Shown piece by piece: positions 1 to 14,100 of a stretch of DNA of 64,000 nucleotides. Source of the stretch: Bugula neritina (Eukaryota > Animalia > Bryozoa); contig OZ037772.1 of NCBI GenBank assembly GCA_964035545.1, positions 6,494,889-6,558,888 on the forward strand, given 5' to 3'. How positions within the stretch are numbered: the first letter of the stretch is position 1; every line of letters begins with the position of its first letter. Under the pieces are notes generated by a model, which ran no database searches, was not told the origin of the DNA, and saw only the letters and a program-made list of their open reading frames with translations. A program made the translations under genes and the position numbers.

Positions 1-164
1 AAATACCTATACAAGCTGAGGTTAAAAAGCAACTTGTGTGCATCTAAACTAAAGCGATAACAATATTTTTCAACTTCAGCAGCATAGAAACTATATTGTA
101 CGTACTGCTATACTATAACAAAGTAGACGTTGTAAAGTTAGTGGAGAGACTTAAAAAGCTGTAC

Positions 165-2910
165 CTGTAGTTCTCGGGGGCCGTTACAAGACCACTCCCT
201 AAGGCTGCTTTGTTAAGTGCCATAAAATCTCTCTCAGTTTCTAGTTTCTGTGTTTGCTGCAAGCCAGGTAAATTCACTCCCCAGTTGGCAAATGCTACAA
301 ATACACATCATAAACTACTGTTATATAATATAATGCTACATGTGTAAGTTGCATATGCTAGAAGCAGCACAAAGTTGATAGTCACTGTGTGCAGTGGTTT
401 GGGGGTCTTGTGTTTGGAGTTGGGGTCAACACTCCATGAATTCCAACTCCAACAGTGTGACAGTGAACTACTGCAGCACTCAGTGACCACCAGATTTGTG
501 CTGCTTCTAGCAGCTTTTATATGTGCCAATATAAGAATCTTCAGTTAGCATAGCTACTTTAGCATCTTTTACAGCTGAGTGTGACTTTGTTAAGATAATG
601 TATGATGCAAAAGAGTGGAATACCAACATTGTAGATGATGAAAAGTTTACAAATTATGTGCAATACACAGAAATTATTTTGTCATAAATTAATTTAATCT
701 TAAAACATGCTTTATCAAACATTAGGCTGCAGTTTGCAAGTGTTTTTCTCGTAATGCTTAAACTGAATTGTGGGTAGAGCCAGAGAATGGTCTATTTAAA
801 AAGCATTGAAAAATTTAGCTTTCTGTTTGAGATTAACTCATCAGTATGCCAAATTCAACTCCACATTTCAGTGGCAATATTTTTTCATGAATGTGTTTCA
901 TATACTTTAGATTATAAACTAAATGAGTTGATAACTATAACATTTTATTGGGGGGGGGGGGGAAGCTTAACACTGATGTTCACTGCTAAGTCAGCCGGAG
1001 TTTAAGTTTATTAATCTTTTGCTCTCTTTGAACTCAATTTCAAGCTTTACTTGATACACATTCAGAACTATACAGACTCCTTCTAGAAGCATCCGTCGTA
1101 TATCATTAGGTATTGCAGTATCTGTGTGCTAATTATTCTCTTGTTATGTGTATATTAATCAATAAAACAATAATAGTTGCCATTTTCAATTGATAGTGCG
1201 ACATTTGTTATGACTACACAAACAGATACTCAAACAGGCAATAAAATACAGGCACTCTTATCAGGGCAGCCTAGTCTGAGAAATAACACCTGCTGTTGCT
1301 AAGAAAAAATAATTATTTTGTATTTTTCTTGTAAAATGACAAAAGTTTTTAAATGTTATTGCCCTCATTGAAAAACCTGGTGTAATTAAAGCGTAATTGA
1401 TATTTTTGTTGACATAACTTTGCTGCTTGAGAATAAATGAAAATGAAGAAAATTAACTGCTTAAATTTCTCTTTGATTCTCTCCCCCTAAACCTTCCAAA
1501 CTCTCAAGCTAAATGTTTGATTCATCCTCCCAATATCCAAAGTCAATTATTAGTTGCAGTTGACTGTTTCATGTTGAAGCATTAAAACGCTACTATATAT
1601 AAGTTGATGTCCAACAGTGATAAAAAGGTGGCAGCATGTGGTGCTTTAGCTGTCTCAGTTGCAGTCAACTTTATCATATATGAGTAACAATTGTAACTTA
1701 ATAACACTGGAGGCAATAAATATAACATTGCATATTACTGCTTAAATATATCACCTAGCTGTCAACTGGCAGAATTTTATGTCATCAGGCAGCTTGAAAT
1801 TTATTGAATTTCCCTAGCTTGCTATTTTTACTGAGAAAGAAAAGTTATTTGTCGTCGCACTGCAGAAGACTTTGAGAGCACATGTTAATAAGTCAATAAG
1901 TTCAACATCATCTTGTCACGGTGCATAAACATATAGATTCAAAGAGTTATGACTGTATGTACAAATTTAAATCTTAGTCATTAGTTGGCAATCACTTTGA
2001 ATAAAACGGGTTAAGTTGGTATAAAGTGAGTCATTTTAAAATATGAACGTAGAGAGTATAAGTACAGCAAATTGTGACACAATTTGATGCCAGTGTGACT
2101 CACCTTCTGCTACCCCATTTCTGCTGCCCATTTGTTTAGCTCCATATGTAAATCCTTCTGGGGGAAGGCTTCTTCCCCTTCGCAATGGCTCTCCAAGCTT
2201 AGACTGTAACATTATTTACATGACTATACATTTTAGTTGCTTAAGTAATGACACTAGGAAGTTATAATACAATAAAATTATGTTTAAGTTTATATTATGC
2301 ATAGACTTGTTTTGCATCACTAGTGATGGCTATATAAATGTCATTAAAAGATATAGGTATAGTAAATTATATTTTAAAATAAAAAAGTCCTTTTAAAAAG
2401 AAGCATATTGACAACAATAGTAATTTGAATAACTCTACTTTAATTGCTGCCTTTACTTTTTAATAATGAACATACAACTAAGAGTTGATGGCAACAAACA
2501 GCCAGCTAAAACTGTAATAAATGAATACATGCATATTTAGATCAGTTATAACAGAGCAAAACTTTCAAAGTATTCATAGTTGCATCATTTTGTATTGTGC
2601 TTCTCTGGGTCTTTCATTCTCATTCTAATTCTCTAATAAATTTAAATTCAAACTGACTATCATTATTTCCTCAAATACCTACATGTAAATTAGCTTTGTA
2701 GATAAGCTAGTATATTTTTGTTAATAAAAAAATACTTCATAATATAAACGCATAGGTTCTCAACAGTGACGATTGTGATCAAAGTTAGAATAAAAGTTTT
2801 GTCTGATTTACCCTTGCATGGATTTCATTCACTAGCATAGTCTCACGTTTATCTCCGAGGACTCCAGTGGCCCTGTAATTATAAGCTCCAGCTGCTTGTA
2901 TAGCTGCCAT
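165..2910 (-). CDS. CFAP77: Cilia- and flagella-associated protein 77 orthologue, first three coding exons (2910-2812, 2203-2104, 294-165); gene continues left of the window
   Basis: Spliced in frame at GT/AG sites: MAAIQAAGAYNYRATGVLGDKRETMLVNEIHAR|SKLGEPLRRGRSLPPEGFTYGAKQMGSRNGVAE|AFANWGVNLPGLQQTQKLETERDFMALNKAALGSGLVTAPENY. Colinear with the remembered vertebrate CFAP77 motifs LGVVRDSM..ELGKPR...LPG..F.YG...GVPEA...W...[21 protein letters not shown]. Confidence 0.88.
358..510. mobile_element. MITE, CTAGAAGCAGCAC-TIR family
   Basis: Ends CTAGAAGCAGCACAAA ... TTTGTGCTGCTTCTAG. Related copies at 10359-10455, 34842-35759 and a single end at ~46192. Confidence 0.75.
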
Positions 2911-3033
2911 TTTAAAAGCAGATAAATTTAAAATTAGTAAGTACAAGTTAGCACAATGGCAGAAGTTCTGATTTGCAGTAGGAGCAATCAATTAATTATA
3001 TACATGCATGAAGTTCTATGAGCTTTTGTTTAT

Positions 3034-3046
3034 GTTACTAAGGGAC
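3034..3046. promoter_or_regulatory. Candidate RFX X-box upstream of CFAP77
   Basis: GTTACTAAGGGAC lies ~125 bp upstream of the ATG of a ciliary gene; imperfect match to the X-box consensus. Confidence 0.4.
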
Positions 3047-4337
3047 AGACCCCGTCACTGAGGAAATGACATTGTGTTGTTACTTTGTAGTATTCAACAA
3101 ACTTGATCTATCTTTACTCAATTTGATAAGTTTTATTAAACAAAATTTAAACATTATAAATTTTAAATTTAAACAATATTTCTAATTTGTAAATTTTTTT
3201 CTAGTATTTTGTTACAAGAAATGCTATTAGGAATACCACTGTTTAGGAACATTCACGCATGAGCCGAAAATCGTTATTTGTTACAGTTTCAGTTTGAGTT
3301 GAAGGTGGGCGTGTTATATGTTAATTATTATGAATTGTACTTATAGTAGTAGACTCTCACTGCGACTGTAGTTATAATTATGATTCGAACATCAAATTTA
3401 AAATGCTAAAGTGCAACTTTTACCAAAACCTAAATTTCATCAAATTGAAATTGAACTTCAAATTGGGAGGGCTAGACGGCCTAGACCCAAGTTGAAGTTG
3501 AAGTTTAAGTTGGAAAATCAAGATGCTCATCACTGTGAAGTTATGCAATAACAATAATCATACTGATTGGTAATTAAGTTTGACATTTAGATATTAATAT
3601 TCATAGTGATAGTCATACTCGTAGTAACTAACTTACAGTTAGTGTTACTGAGTTAATTACAGTTTGAGTTAGTTTTACTGCTGACTTGGTCCTGTGTGAT
3701 TCAAATTGTGGCTATCACTGTGACTCTTAGAGTTGCACTTACTGCCTCTAAGTACGATTTAAAGTCACAGTGATAGCCACAATTCCACGGATAGTAATAC
3801 TGACAGTCACAGCCGTAGCTGGCAGTGTAAATTCATTGTGAACCTGAATTTGAATTAACATAAAGATGGTCATGAGGGTAAATGGTTTTTAAATATTCAC
3901 TTACCTATGCTATCATAATGAAAATAAACCATGATTTTAATAGATGAGGAATCTTGCATTTTAATCATATATAATTCTAACTAATTATATGTGATTAAAA
4001 AGTTCTATGTAATTGCTAGTAGCATATTGAAACTAGCTGGTACATAAAAAAGGAAACACTCTGATGCCAGTAAAATGTAAGACATGGGAGATAAAATCAT
4101 TTGGTTTTAGTATTGTTTCCTGTAGTCTATAAAGCATATATTGAAAGGTTTTTAAATATAGAAGTTGAGAAGAGAGATTGATCATGTTTTTGATGAAGCC
4201 AAAATCTAATTGATCTTATTGATTCAGTTGGCCACATGTCTAAAAGTAGACATATTGTTAGTAGTTATTTAATGCATCAGTTGGAGCAAACATTTTGAAG
4301 TTAATGTAAACTGTGGCTTAGACGAATTACTCAGACC

Positions 4338-4629
4338 CCTAAATACACTTTGCCCTACCGTAGGCCGTAATGTAATATGTCAGCAATTTTTAATGCGTCC
4401 GAGCTGAAGTTCTCAAAATGTACGGTACGATCTATGACACTTCATTAGACATTTATGTCCAATGAACTGACGAGAACGTTTTCCTGTCCAATAGAAGCTC
4501 GCCACAACTTGTCTGAATCAAGCAGTGCTTGATCCTAACGTACTGCAACACCATACAGGAAGCTCGGACATTTGCAAAGATGACTGACATCTGCTGTTAC
4601 GGCCTAGGGTACAGCAAAGTGTGTCTAGG
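4338..4629. mobile_element. MITE-like element with ~33-bp imperfect TIRs
   Basis: CCTAAATACACTTTGCCCTACCGTAGGCCGTAA ... TTACGGCCTAGGGTACAGCAAAGTGTGTCTAGG. Confidence 0.65.
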
Positions 4630-5849
4630 AGATATGATTAACTGAATTTGTGCTGACCATTGTCATTTCACTTCTTTGCTGCCGAATACAAGCTGCAGTT
4701 ACAGTTACTTATTCTTTATTGTGATAACAGACCAATTAATTGATGCACTACATACAACGACTATAGTTGATAGCTATAAACAGCAGAAAAGTAATCAAGG
4801 TTTTTCTATCTTGCAAATAAACTTTTACACAGCACAATATTCTGCTTCTATTTCAACCTAATTATTTTTTTACAAGGTTTGTTCAATAAAGAAAACTGAA
4901 ATGATTATTTCTGGATTTGTGCTTGAATACTGTCTTCTGAACAACATATCTTATGAGTTTATGTAGGTCTATTTTCTATGAACAAATTTTCTACTTTCAA
5001 GAAATTAACTAAAGAAGTGTGGAGTTATGGCCATGATTGTAAGCCTAGCTGAAGTTCTTTTGGTGGTACAAACTGTGTATAAGGTGAGCTTACTACGTCT
5101 ATACTCGGCACATAGCGCGGTAAATACACTTCTATAGTTGATTTGGTGGTGCAGTAATAGAACGTACCCCTCACTGTTTGATAGTTGATGTTATAAGATT
5201 CACAACTTTTTATTAGGTTTCATCTACAACTTATAGGCTTCTCATTATAACATAGAGTTATCATGTTTTGTTTTGCGTAAGTTCTATGTCTAAGGTAGTT
5301 TAAAAACTACAGTTGATTTGCTTTATGCCGATTTTAATAAGATTCAAGGTAAAGCAACTCTAACTCTGAGTTCAGTGTCAATATTTTTGTTGTTTCATTG
5401 TTGTTGTCACTTCAATTTGGTATTTACCAAATAATATCCCAACTACTTAGTAATATCCAAAAGTGTATACAATTGTTCGGGAGGTCAACAAACATAGCAA
5501 TTATTGCATTATTGATTTTCTATATTTTCAATGACAATTTTTGTGGCTGAAAACAATTGGATCAATTGAGGTTCTGAGACAGTATACCCTGTCGTCATTG
5601 AATATTGATTTACATTGCACACGATTGTTCCTTACAGATAACACCTGGTGTCCGTTTGCCCAAAACTTGTATCTTTGCTGGTAAAATATCTTGAGAGTTT
5701 TTCTGCACCAGTTTTATGCAAGGTGAGAGACTTGCTTTTCCTTTTTGATTAATTTTTAATAAAAGTTATATATGTATATGATGTTTTTTAGTATTGGCTT
5801 TTATTAGATGAGTTTATCTTATAGGTGTGTACTTTAGCTATTAGAAGCG

Positions 5850-6420
5850 ACTGAGACTGAGTGAATGACTAACTAGTAAATTTTAGTGTATGAGATTGAG
5901 TGATTAAATAAGTAGTAAATGTAAGTGAGTGAGTGAGAACAATTAAGTGAATAACTAGTGAATGTGAGTTTAACTAAATGATTAAATAAATAATAAATGT
6001 AAGTGAGTGTGCGAATAAATAATAGAGTGTGACTGAGTAATTAAATGAGTAATGAATCTGAATGATAGAGACTGAGTGAGTGAGTATCGGTGAGCGAGAC
6101 CAAGTGAGTGAAAGACTATTTATTGTTGACGATGGCATGTGATTGAATGGATAACTAGTGAATGCAAGTGACGGATATGTGAGTGATTTTAGTAGCTAGT
6201 GAATAGAGTGAGACTGAGTGATTTTTCATCAATTAATGAATAAGAGTAAATGACATTGAGTAATTGAATAACTATTTATTTATTATCAATGAATGTGATT
6301 AATTAACTGCCAAATGTAAGTGAGTTAGAGTGAGTCAATAACTAATTTAGGTGAGTGATTGATTTGTGAGTAAGTGAAAAACACTCAGTAATCAACTGAT
6401 TACCAGAGAAAACTAGTGGG
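5850..6420. repeat. Degenerate (TGAG/GTGA)-rich simple repeat in the probable 5'UTR intron
   Basis: Many TGAGTGA/ACTAGTGAAT units between a donor AAG|GTGAGA at 5722/5723 and an acceptor TTGTAG ending at 6724. Confidence 0.6.
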
Positions 6421-6767
6421 TTGAATTATTAGTGAGTAATATCAACCGATCTGGGCCTATAACTGATTAATGACATATTATGTTAACAGATTTGAATATT
6501 TAATCTTTGAGGCCGGATGACTTGAAATATTTAAATTTTAACTTTTTCATTTGTGATCAACACTTGTTCAAATTGTGATACTGACTTATTAAGGATAATG
6601 TTGAATATTACAGAATTTGTGTAGTTAGTAAAGGATTCCTCAAATTGGAGAAGGTTTAAGATGAGATACTGGTAAACAATTCTGTAAATAAACAACAAAG
6701 TTTAAGATGGACTATTACTTGTAGATTGATGGGATTGGATTAGCGTAGCATCACATCATCAGATAGA

Positions 6768-8085
6768 ATGGGTTCAGGTGCATCAAAGAAAAGTGAAGTC
6801 ATAGTTGAGGAGACAGTAGAGGAAGTAGATAATTATGATGAGCTGTATAGTGATAAAAAAGACGAGGAAATAGGTCAGTTTTATTCACTCAACTCTATCA
6901 TACAGGTCAGTTTACAAAACTCGTTCAACTTTAACTTTCTAGCAAAAAATTTTGTAGGTCATTTGTATTGATTTGGTTCTCTTTTAGTATTTTTACAAAG
7001 CTTCTGGCACCTGCCTTTAGATTGATTGGAGATAGTCATGTTTTGTTGATCACAAACTCACAGACATACAGACATACACACGCATTAATCTGTTCAGCTT
7101 TATTTCTAAGAGGAGACCAATCCTATAGGTTCAAAATATTATTATGCTTTTGTTTCATCAATGTAATAAGGATGAATTTATAAAAAAGTTTATCAAGTTG
7201 CAAGAGAAAATTTGACTATTGGGAGGTGATGTGAGCTTTATGACTCGTGGAAAAAAAATATAACGCTTTTCAGTTCTATTTCATGTTGGCCAAAGGCTGA
7301 TAGCGTATGCAGTCTTTAGACAGTTTTACTATGTTTTACCCTCCATATAAGATTGATCTGTTTATGTAGGCCTAGCTAACTGTATTTAATAAAACTCTTC
7401 TAACTTCAAATTCCAAAAAACTCTCAACATTTGTGATTCGGAAGAATATGATTTTTAGATGTTTAAAAACTAGATTATTTTAACTTAGTGCATTCTAACT
7501 ACTGCAATGGCTACTTGTCATGTAAAAGTTTTATAAGCCACTTTTTAGGAGAATGTGTTTAATTTTTACTTGAAAATTAGTGTCGGAAAGTATTTGTTTT
7601 CGTCAAACTCTCTCAGCCTTCTTTACTATGCAAAGTCAAAATCTGCAGAAAAGCTTCCCCATATATATATATATTTTTTTTTATGTAATTTAACTTTAAA
7701 TTTTTGGTCCTAATTTGCTAATGTGTACCAAATAATATACAGTGACCTCTATGCCGGTTATCTGCAGCTGACTGGGGTATTATTCCACACTGATCTCTAA
7801 TATCTGCTTGTTTGTAGTTGACGTTCCTCTAGAAGCATTTCCTAGCCTACAGAACTCTAGATTCTGGCAGAGTAACAATCCTGTAGAACCAGTGTTTGAT
7901 CAGGGGACGGGTAAGCTACTCCCCAAACCTCAGTGCTACGATGTGAAATTCATTGAAGAACTCAAGGAGAAAACCGTCAAGACTGAAGTGAGTTGCACAT
8001 TTTAATCAGTTTGGAGTTATCTTATATAAGAGCATTTTAAACAGAGTCCAATAGTTATTTATGCACACGCACGCGCGCGCACGCA

Positions 8086-8117
<32 letters not shown>

Positions 8118-11100
8118 CACCAAAAATGCACCAAACATACATCAAACACACACACACAAAGGCACATAAGCCTAAGTTTATATTGATGTTATGGTGCTGC
8201 GTTTGTCCTAAAGTCCTGAGTTAATACTCAGTTTGTTGTGTCAGTTTGATGAGATCCTGCTGACGTCTGCTGTGGAATCTCTGGTGGAAGAGCTGACCAA
8301 AGACTGTGACTCAGTCGCAGACAAGGTTCTCACATTCTACAGATGGATTAGGGAGACGGAGTCAGACGTCCCCTCAGCTAATGTCGACCACCCGGCTTAC
8401 TATTTTGCTAAGAATGTCAAACAGCCCATTGCTCTGCTGGAATTGTTCCAGAAACTCTGCGAGTGAGTAGACAGTCATTGTGATTAAATTCGGACAGCTT
8501 GTATACAGCACAAAAGTTACAAATAACTTGGAATGTTCTATCTGCAACATATCCCTGAATATTGTGTTTATCTTTATATTCATAAATAATGTGAGAAATT
8601 GTAATATTTTGGGTTTTTGTTCAAATGCTGGAGATTTTCTTTTAAAAGATTAATCTAAGACTATCTAATGTGCATCAAGAGGAATTATTACATGGCACTA
8701 TTTGTTACACAATTTTTTATTGTAATGTACATATATTTGATTGATGAAATTATTTGCTATTAACAGCTGAAATGTGATCAACTATTGTGCTCTTCTAGCA
8801 ATATAACCTGCCTATTAGCAAGATCACAAGCTTGAAATCTCATCACAATATATTTTAACAGAGAAATTACTTGTTTGTATCCTGCAGTAAGATATCATGC
8901 CTTTCCTTGTCATGCTTGTTTTATTATTTATTATCTGCATTTTAGATCAGCAAAGATAGACTGTAAAATAATCAGAGGTTATGGGAAGGGGGCTTCATTC
9001 GCCAAACAACTAGGTGAGGGGGCGTGGGGCTATTTTTATCTGCTAGAGTTTTGACTTAGCACCAACAGTTGTAGAAAGAATCAATTAACTTTATCTTCCT
9101 GTTTAATCCTGTGAAGTAAATAAAAGCGGAAAATCTAAATTTTGTAGTTCTTTTTCAAATTAATCATTATTTATAGGATTTTCCCTTTATTCGCGTTTAG
9201 TGATATCTGATTTTGTTAGAAAATATGTTAAGTACAACTTCAGTTTTTTCTGTGCCTCACTTCTTATGAATCTTTCTAATGGCTTGAGGCTTGACTTTGG
9301 TATAAGTTACAGTATAAAATGCACTTAGGCCTTAGGGGGAGGGGGGAGGCATATTCACAACCAGTTGGAAACCCTTGGAAAACCTAGTATAGCATGTTAT
9401 TGTTCTACTTCATACATTTACTTCTCTTTTTAGAGTAATCCTTTTTTATAGCTCCAGTATTCTAGACCACAGTTCTTAGTTTTTGAATACAGAAAGTTAA
9501 AAAAAACTGCCTTGCTTTGAGTTTACATGGGTTTTCCTATATTCTTTTATATTTTACTGTTTGTCATCCCCTTTTCTTCCACCCTCTTTTCCTTCTAACA
9601 TGCATATCCTGTCACACAGCACCTCTTTATATTATTATAGCTCATTCTAACCAACTTGAATAGTTTTATAAGCAGCTCAGAGTTGGGGGTGAATGAGTTT
9701 GGGTTCTACTAAACACCCCACTTCAACCTCAAGAACCCAAACTACTGCACTCATCTACCCCCATCTCTGAGCTGCTTATAGAACCACTCAGCCAACTTAG
9801 TGTTTTGTCATAGAGGTGGTGTTGTAAAAAATTTCATTAACCCAAGTTCTACATTGTGCTTATGCATTGTGTTTGGAGCATTGGTTACACACCACCTGAA
9901 TACAAATGTGTTTTCTCATTCAGCTCAACCAACTAACTAATAAATTTGTTCTATTGATTGAATTATAACACCAAATATTCTGATAATAATACAAACAATA
10001 TTTAAAGTATGATATTAAAAGGCATTCATCAGATTCATTCACCCATTTATATATTTTTTTTGTTTCAACATCTACACAAATTTTAAGAAGAACTTTTAAG
10101 CTTAGCTGGGAGATATAATTTTACATATTCTTTTCAATATATTTGTGTTACTGCATACAAGTAACGACTAATAAATAAAGACTGTATATATGTGTTCAAG
10201 AGTTGCAATTCTACTAGAACTTGTAGTATGCAATATGGGTTAATGTATATAGTCTATACGATCCAACCTAACATTGCAAGCTCAATTAACATAATTATTA
10301 ACCCAGAATATAGGATAAAAGTCGTGTTCATGAACTGGGTATTTCATATTGACAATTGCTAGAAGCAGCACCAGGTTGGTTGGTGTTGGGAGCTCAAAAC
10401 ACTGGTGTGCATGCAACTTCTGTATTCAGCCACCCTAACTCAGTGCTGCTTCTAGCTGAATTATTTCATTTCACACCAATCTATAACTTTATTGTATAGT
10501 CTGAGTTCCACGCTGTAGTCTGATTTGAAGGGACCGAGAAGATAAAGTTGCGAGAGCCGAACCACCACTGGGTGGCCGTGGCTATAGAGAAACACTGGTA
10601 CCTGATAGACCTCATCTGGTGTCGGCAGCAACAGACAGACTTCTACTTCCTGTGCGAACCCGCCATATTTATCTACAACCACTATCCTCTCGAGAAAGAC
10701 TGGCAGCTCTTGTTCCGTCCCGTTACAAAGCCTGAGTTCATTGAATTAGCGTAAGTAATCTCCCAGGCTAATATTTTATTTCCACTGAATATTCCAGGAC
10801 CTTCTCCATATGTTTGAGGGGACAATTCCCGTGCTACAGAAATTCTCAATCGATGGAAATTATGATAGATAAAATAAAAACTGTCAATAAATAAATAATT
10901 TTTATAAATAAACAGTGTTTACAAGTAAATGGATAATGTTGATAAATAAATTGAAATGCTAATAAAATTAATATTATTTCAACTGACAAGTAAAGATATC
11001 AGCTAAATACTGCCACTTTGCCATTCATCCAATTGTCTCAATACTCTACACATTCTGTATTCACAGGTTTTTACACAAGTCATTCTACCACCACGACTTG

Positions 11101-14100
11101 GAGCTACAGAGTCACCAGTCCTTCAGGTTCAAGTCCATCACAGGTGTGTGCCCTCCCTTCTTCATTATCTGATTTTAGATCCCAGTCTATGTTTTCTCAC
11201 ATTCAATACTCTGGACCAGAGGTGTCCAACTTTTTCAGCGGAAAGGGGTGGGAGTCACTGAAATGTAATATTCCATGCCGAGGTCCACATTGTAAACTTT
11301 AGCTTATGCTGGAGGCATTAGTATTTTTCCAAATTATTTTGAGTCACTACACAATAAAGTCCCAATAGTTACTGCAGGCTGCATGTTTTGCAGCTGTTTA
11401 TAAATAAGGCATTTAAAAGGTGGTTTTTCACTCTATTTCATGTATGCTGTGAAAGACATTTCTAGTTTTATACCTTTGAGGTTCACATTAAGGTAGGCTT
11501 GGGGGACCACATTTGGCCCTGAGACCAACTGTTAGACAGCCCTGGTCTAGATGGTAACCTCAGGTCGTTCAGAGCTTAGCCCAGTTTCTCTGAAACTCCC
11601 AGCTGTGCATACTAATTCAGTTAACATGTGTTCAGCTTTTGTCAACTTGTCGGCTGGTCTTTTAGGAGAGGAAGTTATACGTCTCGGGTATAAGGAGGAA
11701 AGAATATGGAGTTACCGTCTGACATGTGAGAAAAGTGGAACTGTTGTTAAGAGTTTAGGAGGAGTGCCTCTGGAGAAGTGTGTCATGGTGGAGGTAATTA
11801 CCAATAGCTTTTTATTTTGCTTAAAAATCTGTAGTCTCCTTGGTGTAATGGTTAGTGCGCCTGTTTGCAACATGGAGGTCTCAGGTTCGAACCCCAGTGG
11901 GGGGAAATTTTATAATTTAGCTGGTTGCTTGACTTGCTTCTATATAAATAGCTTTAAAAATGCTTAGATTTAGTCAAATGCTTTTTCGAAAATCATTTTA
12001 ATTCAAGAAGTTTAGTCAAATATCTTTTTATATCTATGTATAACCACCTGTCATGTCATTCCATATGTTGACAGGCGTTTGAAGGTACCGTGAGGTATAA
12101 CATCAGAATGCCAAGTGTCGGCAACTACAGAGTAGACATCTTCTGTCAAGATCCAGAATATGTGGCCACCCCACCTTCTCTAGTTACTACCTACATTATA
12201 CAGGTGAGTGGTAACCTGTCACTGAGTGTCACAAAGCATGACACAATAGCTGTCAGTGTGACATGCCACAACTTGTCACTGTGTGTCAAACAGCATGCCA
12301 TAGTGTGACATACAGCATTTCACACAACATGACTCAGTGCGTGGCAGGTCTGTTCTTTGTCTAGCTGCATTGTTATTCTAAATAATCACTAGTAAATCCT
12401 TATTAGTGTTTACGATATCTCAATATCAAGACTAGTCTGAAAGATGTTGAAATATATATTAAACTTTTTGAATTCTGAATAAACTATTGCCGTTTCTACT
12501 TTAATACCAAAGTTGAGGTAAAAGGAAGAACAACTTCATATCTCATTGAATAAATTTGTACACACATTGTCTACAACTGTTATTACTTGACTATACATTT
12601 TTATATTATCAGTTATTATAGTATAATTTTGTGTATCTCTACTGTGTTTTAGTGTCAAAAAGGCCTCGTAGGGTTCAGAAACTTTCCTGAACTAGAAACC
12701 ACCCTGTGGGGTCCCACAAAGCAGATGTTACAGTACGGCCTCTTGCCCAAGAGTCATAAGAGAGGGAGGTGAGTTGACATGTCACATCAGGTGCTCTCAG
12801 GTGTCACATCAGGTGCTCTCAGGTGTCACATTCGGTGCTACTGGCTGCCATGTGGAAATTTTGAAATTGTCTTCTCACTAATTCAGGTTTTGTTCCCGAG
12901 TTCATTCTCAAGCTTTGTAATAAGTAATAGTAATAGCTGAAAAGTATGAGCTGCACCCTATAACCTTGCTTATATTATGTTTAAGTATATTATATTACAT
13001 TATTTCATGTTATTTTCTATTATAATATTCTACATTAATATATTTCATAACCCTTTTGGTTTTATTATACAAACACCGTAGATTTAGGAAGGTTATTTTA
13101 TCATAAAATTGCTCCTTTCCTGCTGGTGGTTAAAGCACTAGCTTGGTAAACACTACGTCAGCGGTTCAACTCCCAATAAAAGTCATGTTAAGAAGAGCAT
13201 TCAGTCATAATTGCTCTCACAATAGAAAACGAGTTCTTAGCCATCCTCACTGGTTCCTAAAGGGATTTTAAATCCAGTATTTAGCACGCTATATAAACAT
13301 CACTCTACCAGGGGTCCTCACAGTGATTGTAGACCTATGTGAGTTTGAGTATTTGTTGGTATTATTTTATTCTGTTAAATCTGTCTCCAGGGTGTTTGTG
13401 GAAGAATCGGCTCAGATAACTTTCGACTCTCCGAAAGAACAGTACCTCGTCTGCCATCTTGATACCGAACAGGAAACAGATTTCGACCTTGAGCAGTGTG
13501 TTATTGATTCCTATAACAGCGAAGACAAAGGTGGGTCAAGGTCATTACCTCAACTTACTACTCTAATCTAACCAGGGAAAGTATGATTTGCTATACAGTA
13601 GAAAATGGTTTCACTTCAAACAGATATTTGGAGAAAAATGATGTCTTTATTTAAAAGAAAAATAATTTCCATCTATTTTCTGGTTAGATATCTATTAGCT
13701 AGCTTTCTGTAATACCTAGCATTTATTTTTATGAAACTATAGTGGAATTGTCTTTCCTTCGTTTGTTTATTATGACTCACCTAAAATATTAGCTGTGTTA
13801 TACTGCATTACATCTATTATGATTACCATTTTATTCTATAACAGGGAATTGATGTATCTAGTGTGTTTTAAAGGCATGGAGTAACTAAACGTTTTTAAAA
13901 GCATCTTTGAAAAGTACTAAGTACTATGGCACTAATACTAATTTTATTAAACAATTAATTTTATTTATAATTTTAAAAGAACATTTATAATTACTGCTTT
14001 TAATTATTTGTATAACATTATAAAAGTAGTGTTTTTATTATTATAACATGGTAATTTCGCTTCCAGATAGTATAATATTAATATTCATAATAATGTGTTC

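Noticed and set aside
11018-11302. Ser/Thr-rich 94-aa ORF, and the 138-aa ORF at 11551-11967
   Set aside because: The first is the wrong frame over KY exon 6; the second is exon 7 read through into intron and SINE sequence.
11835-11905. Possible functional tRNA-Ala(TGC) gene
   Set aside because: Acceptor and anticodon stems are mismatched and similar decayed heads recur, so it is better explained as SINE-derived.
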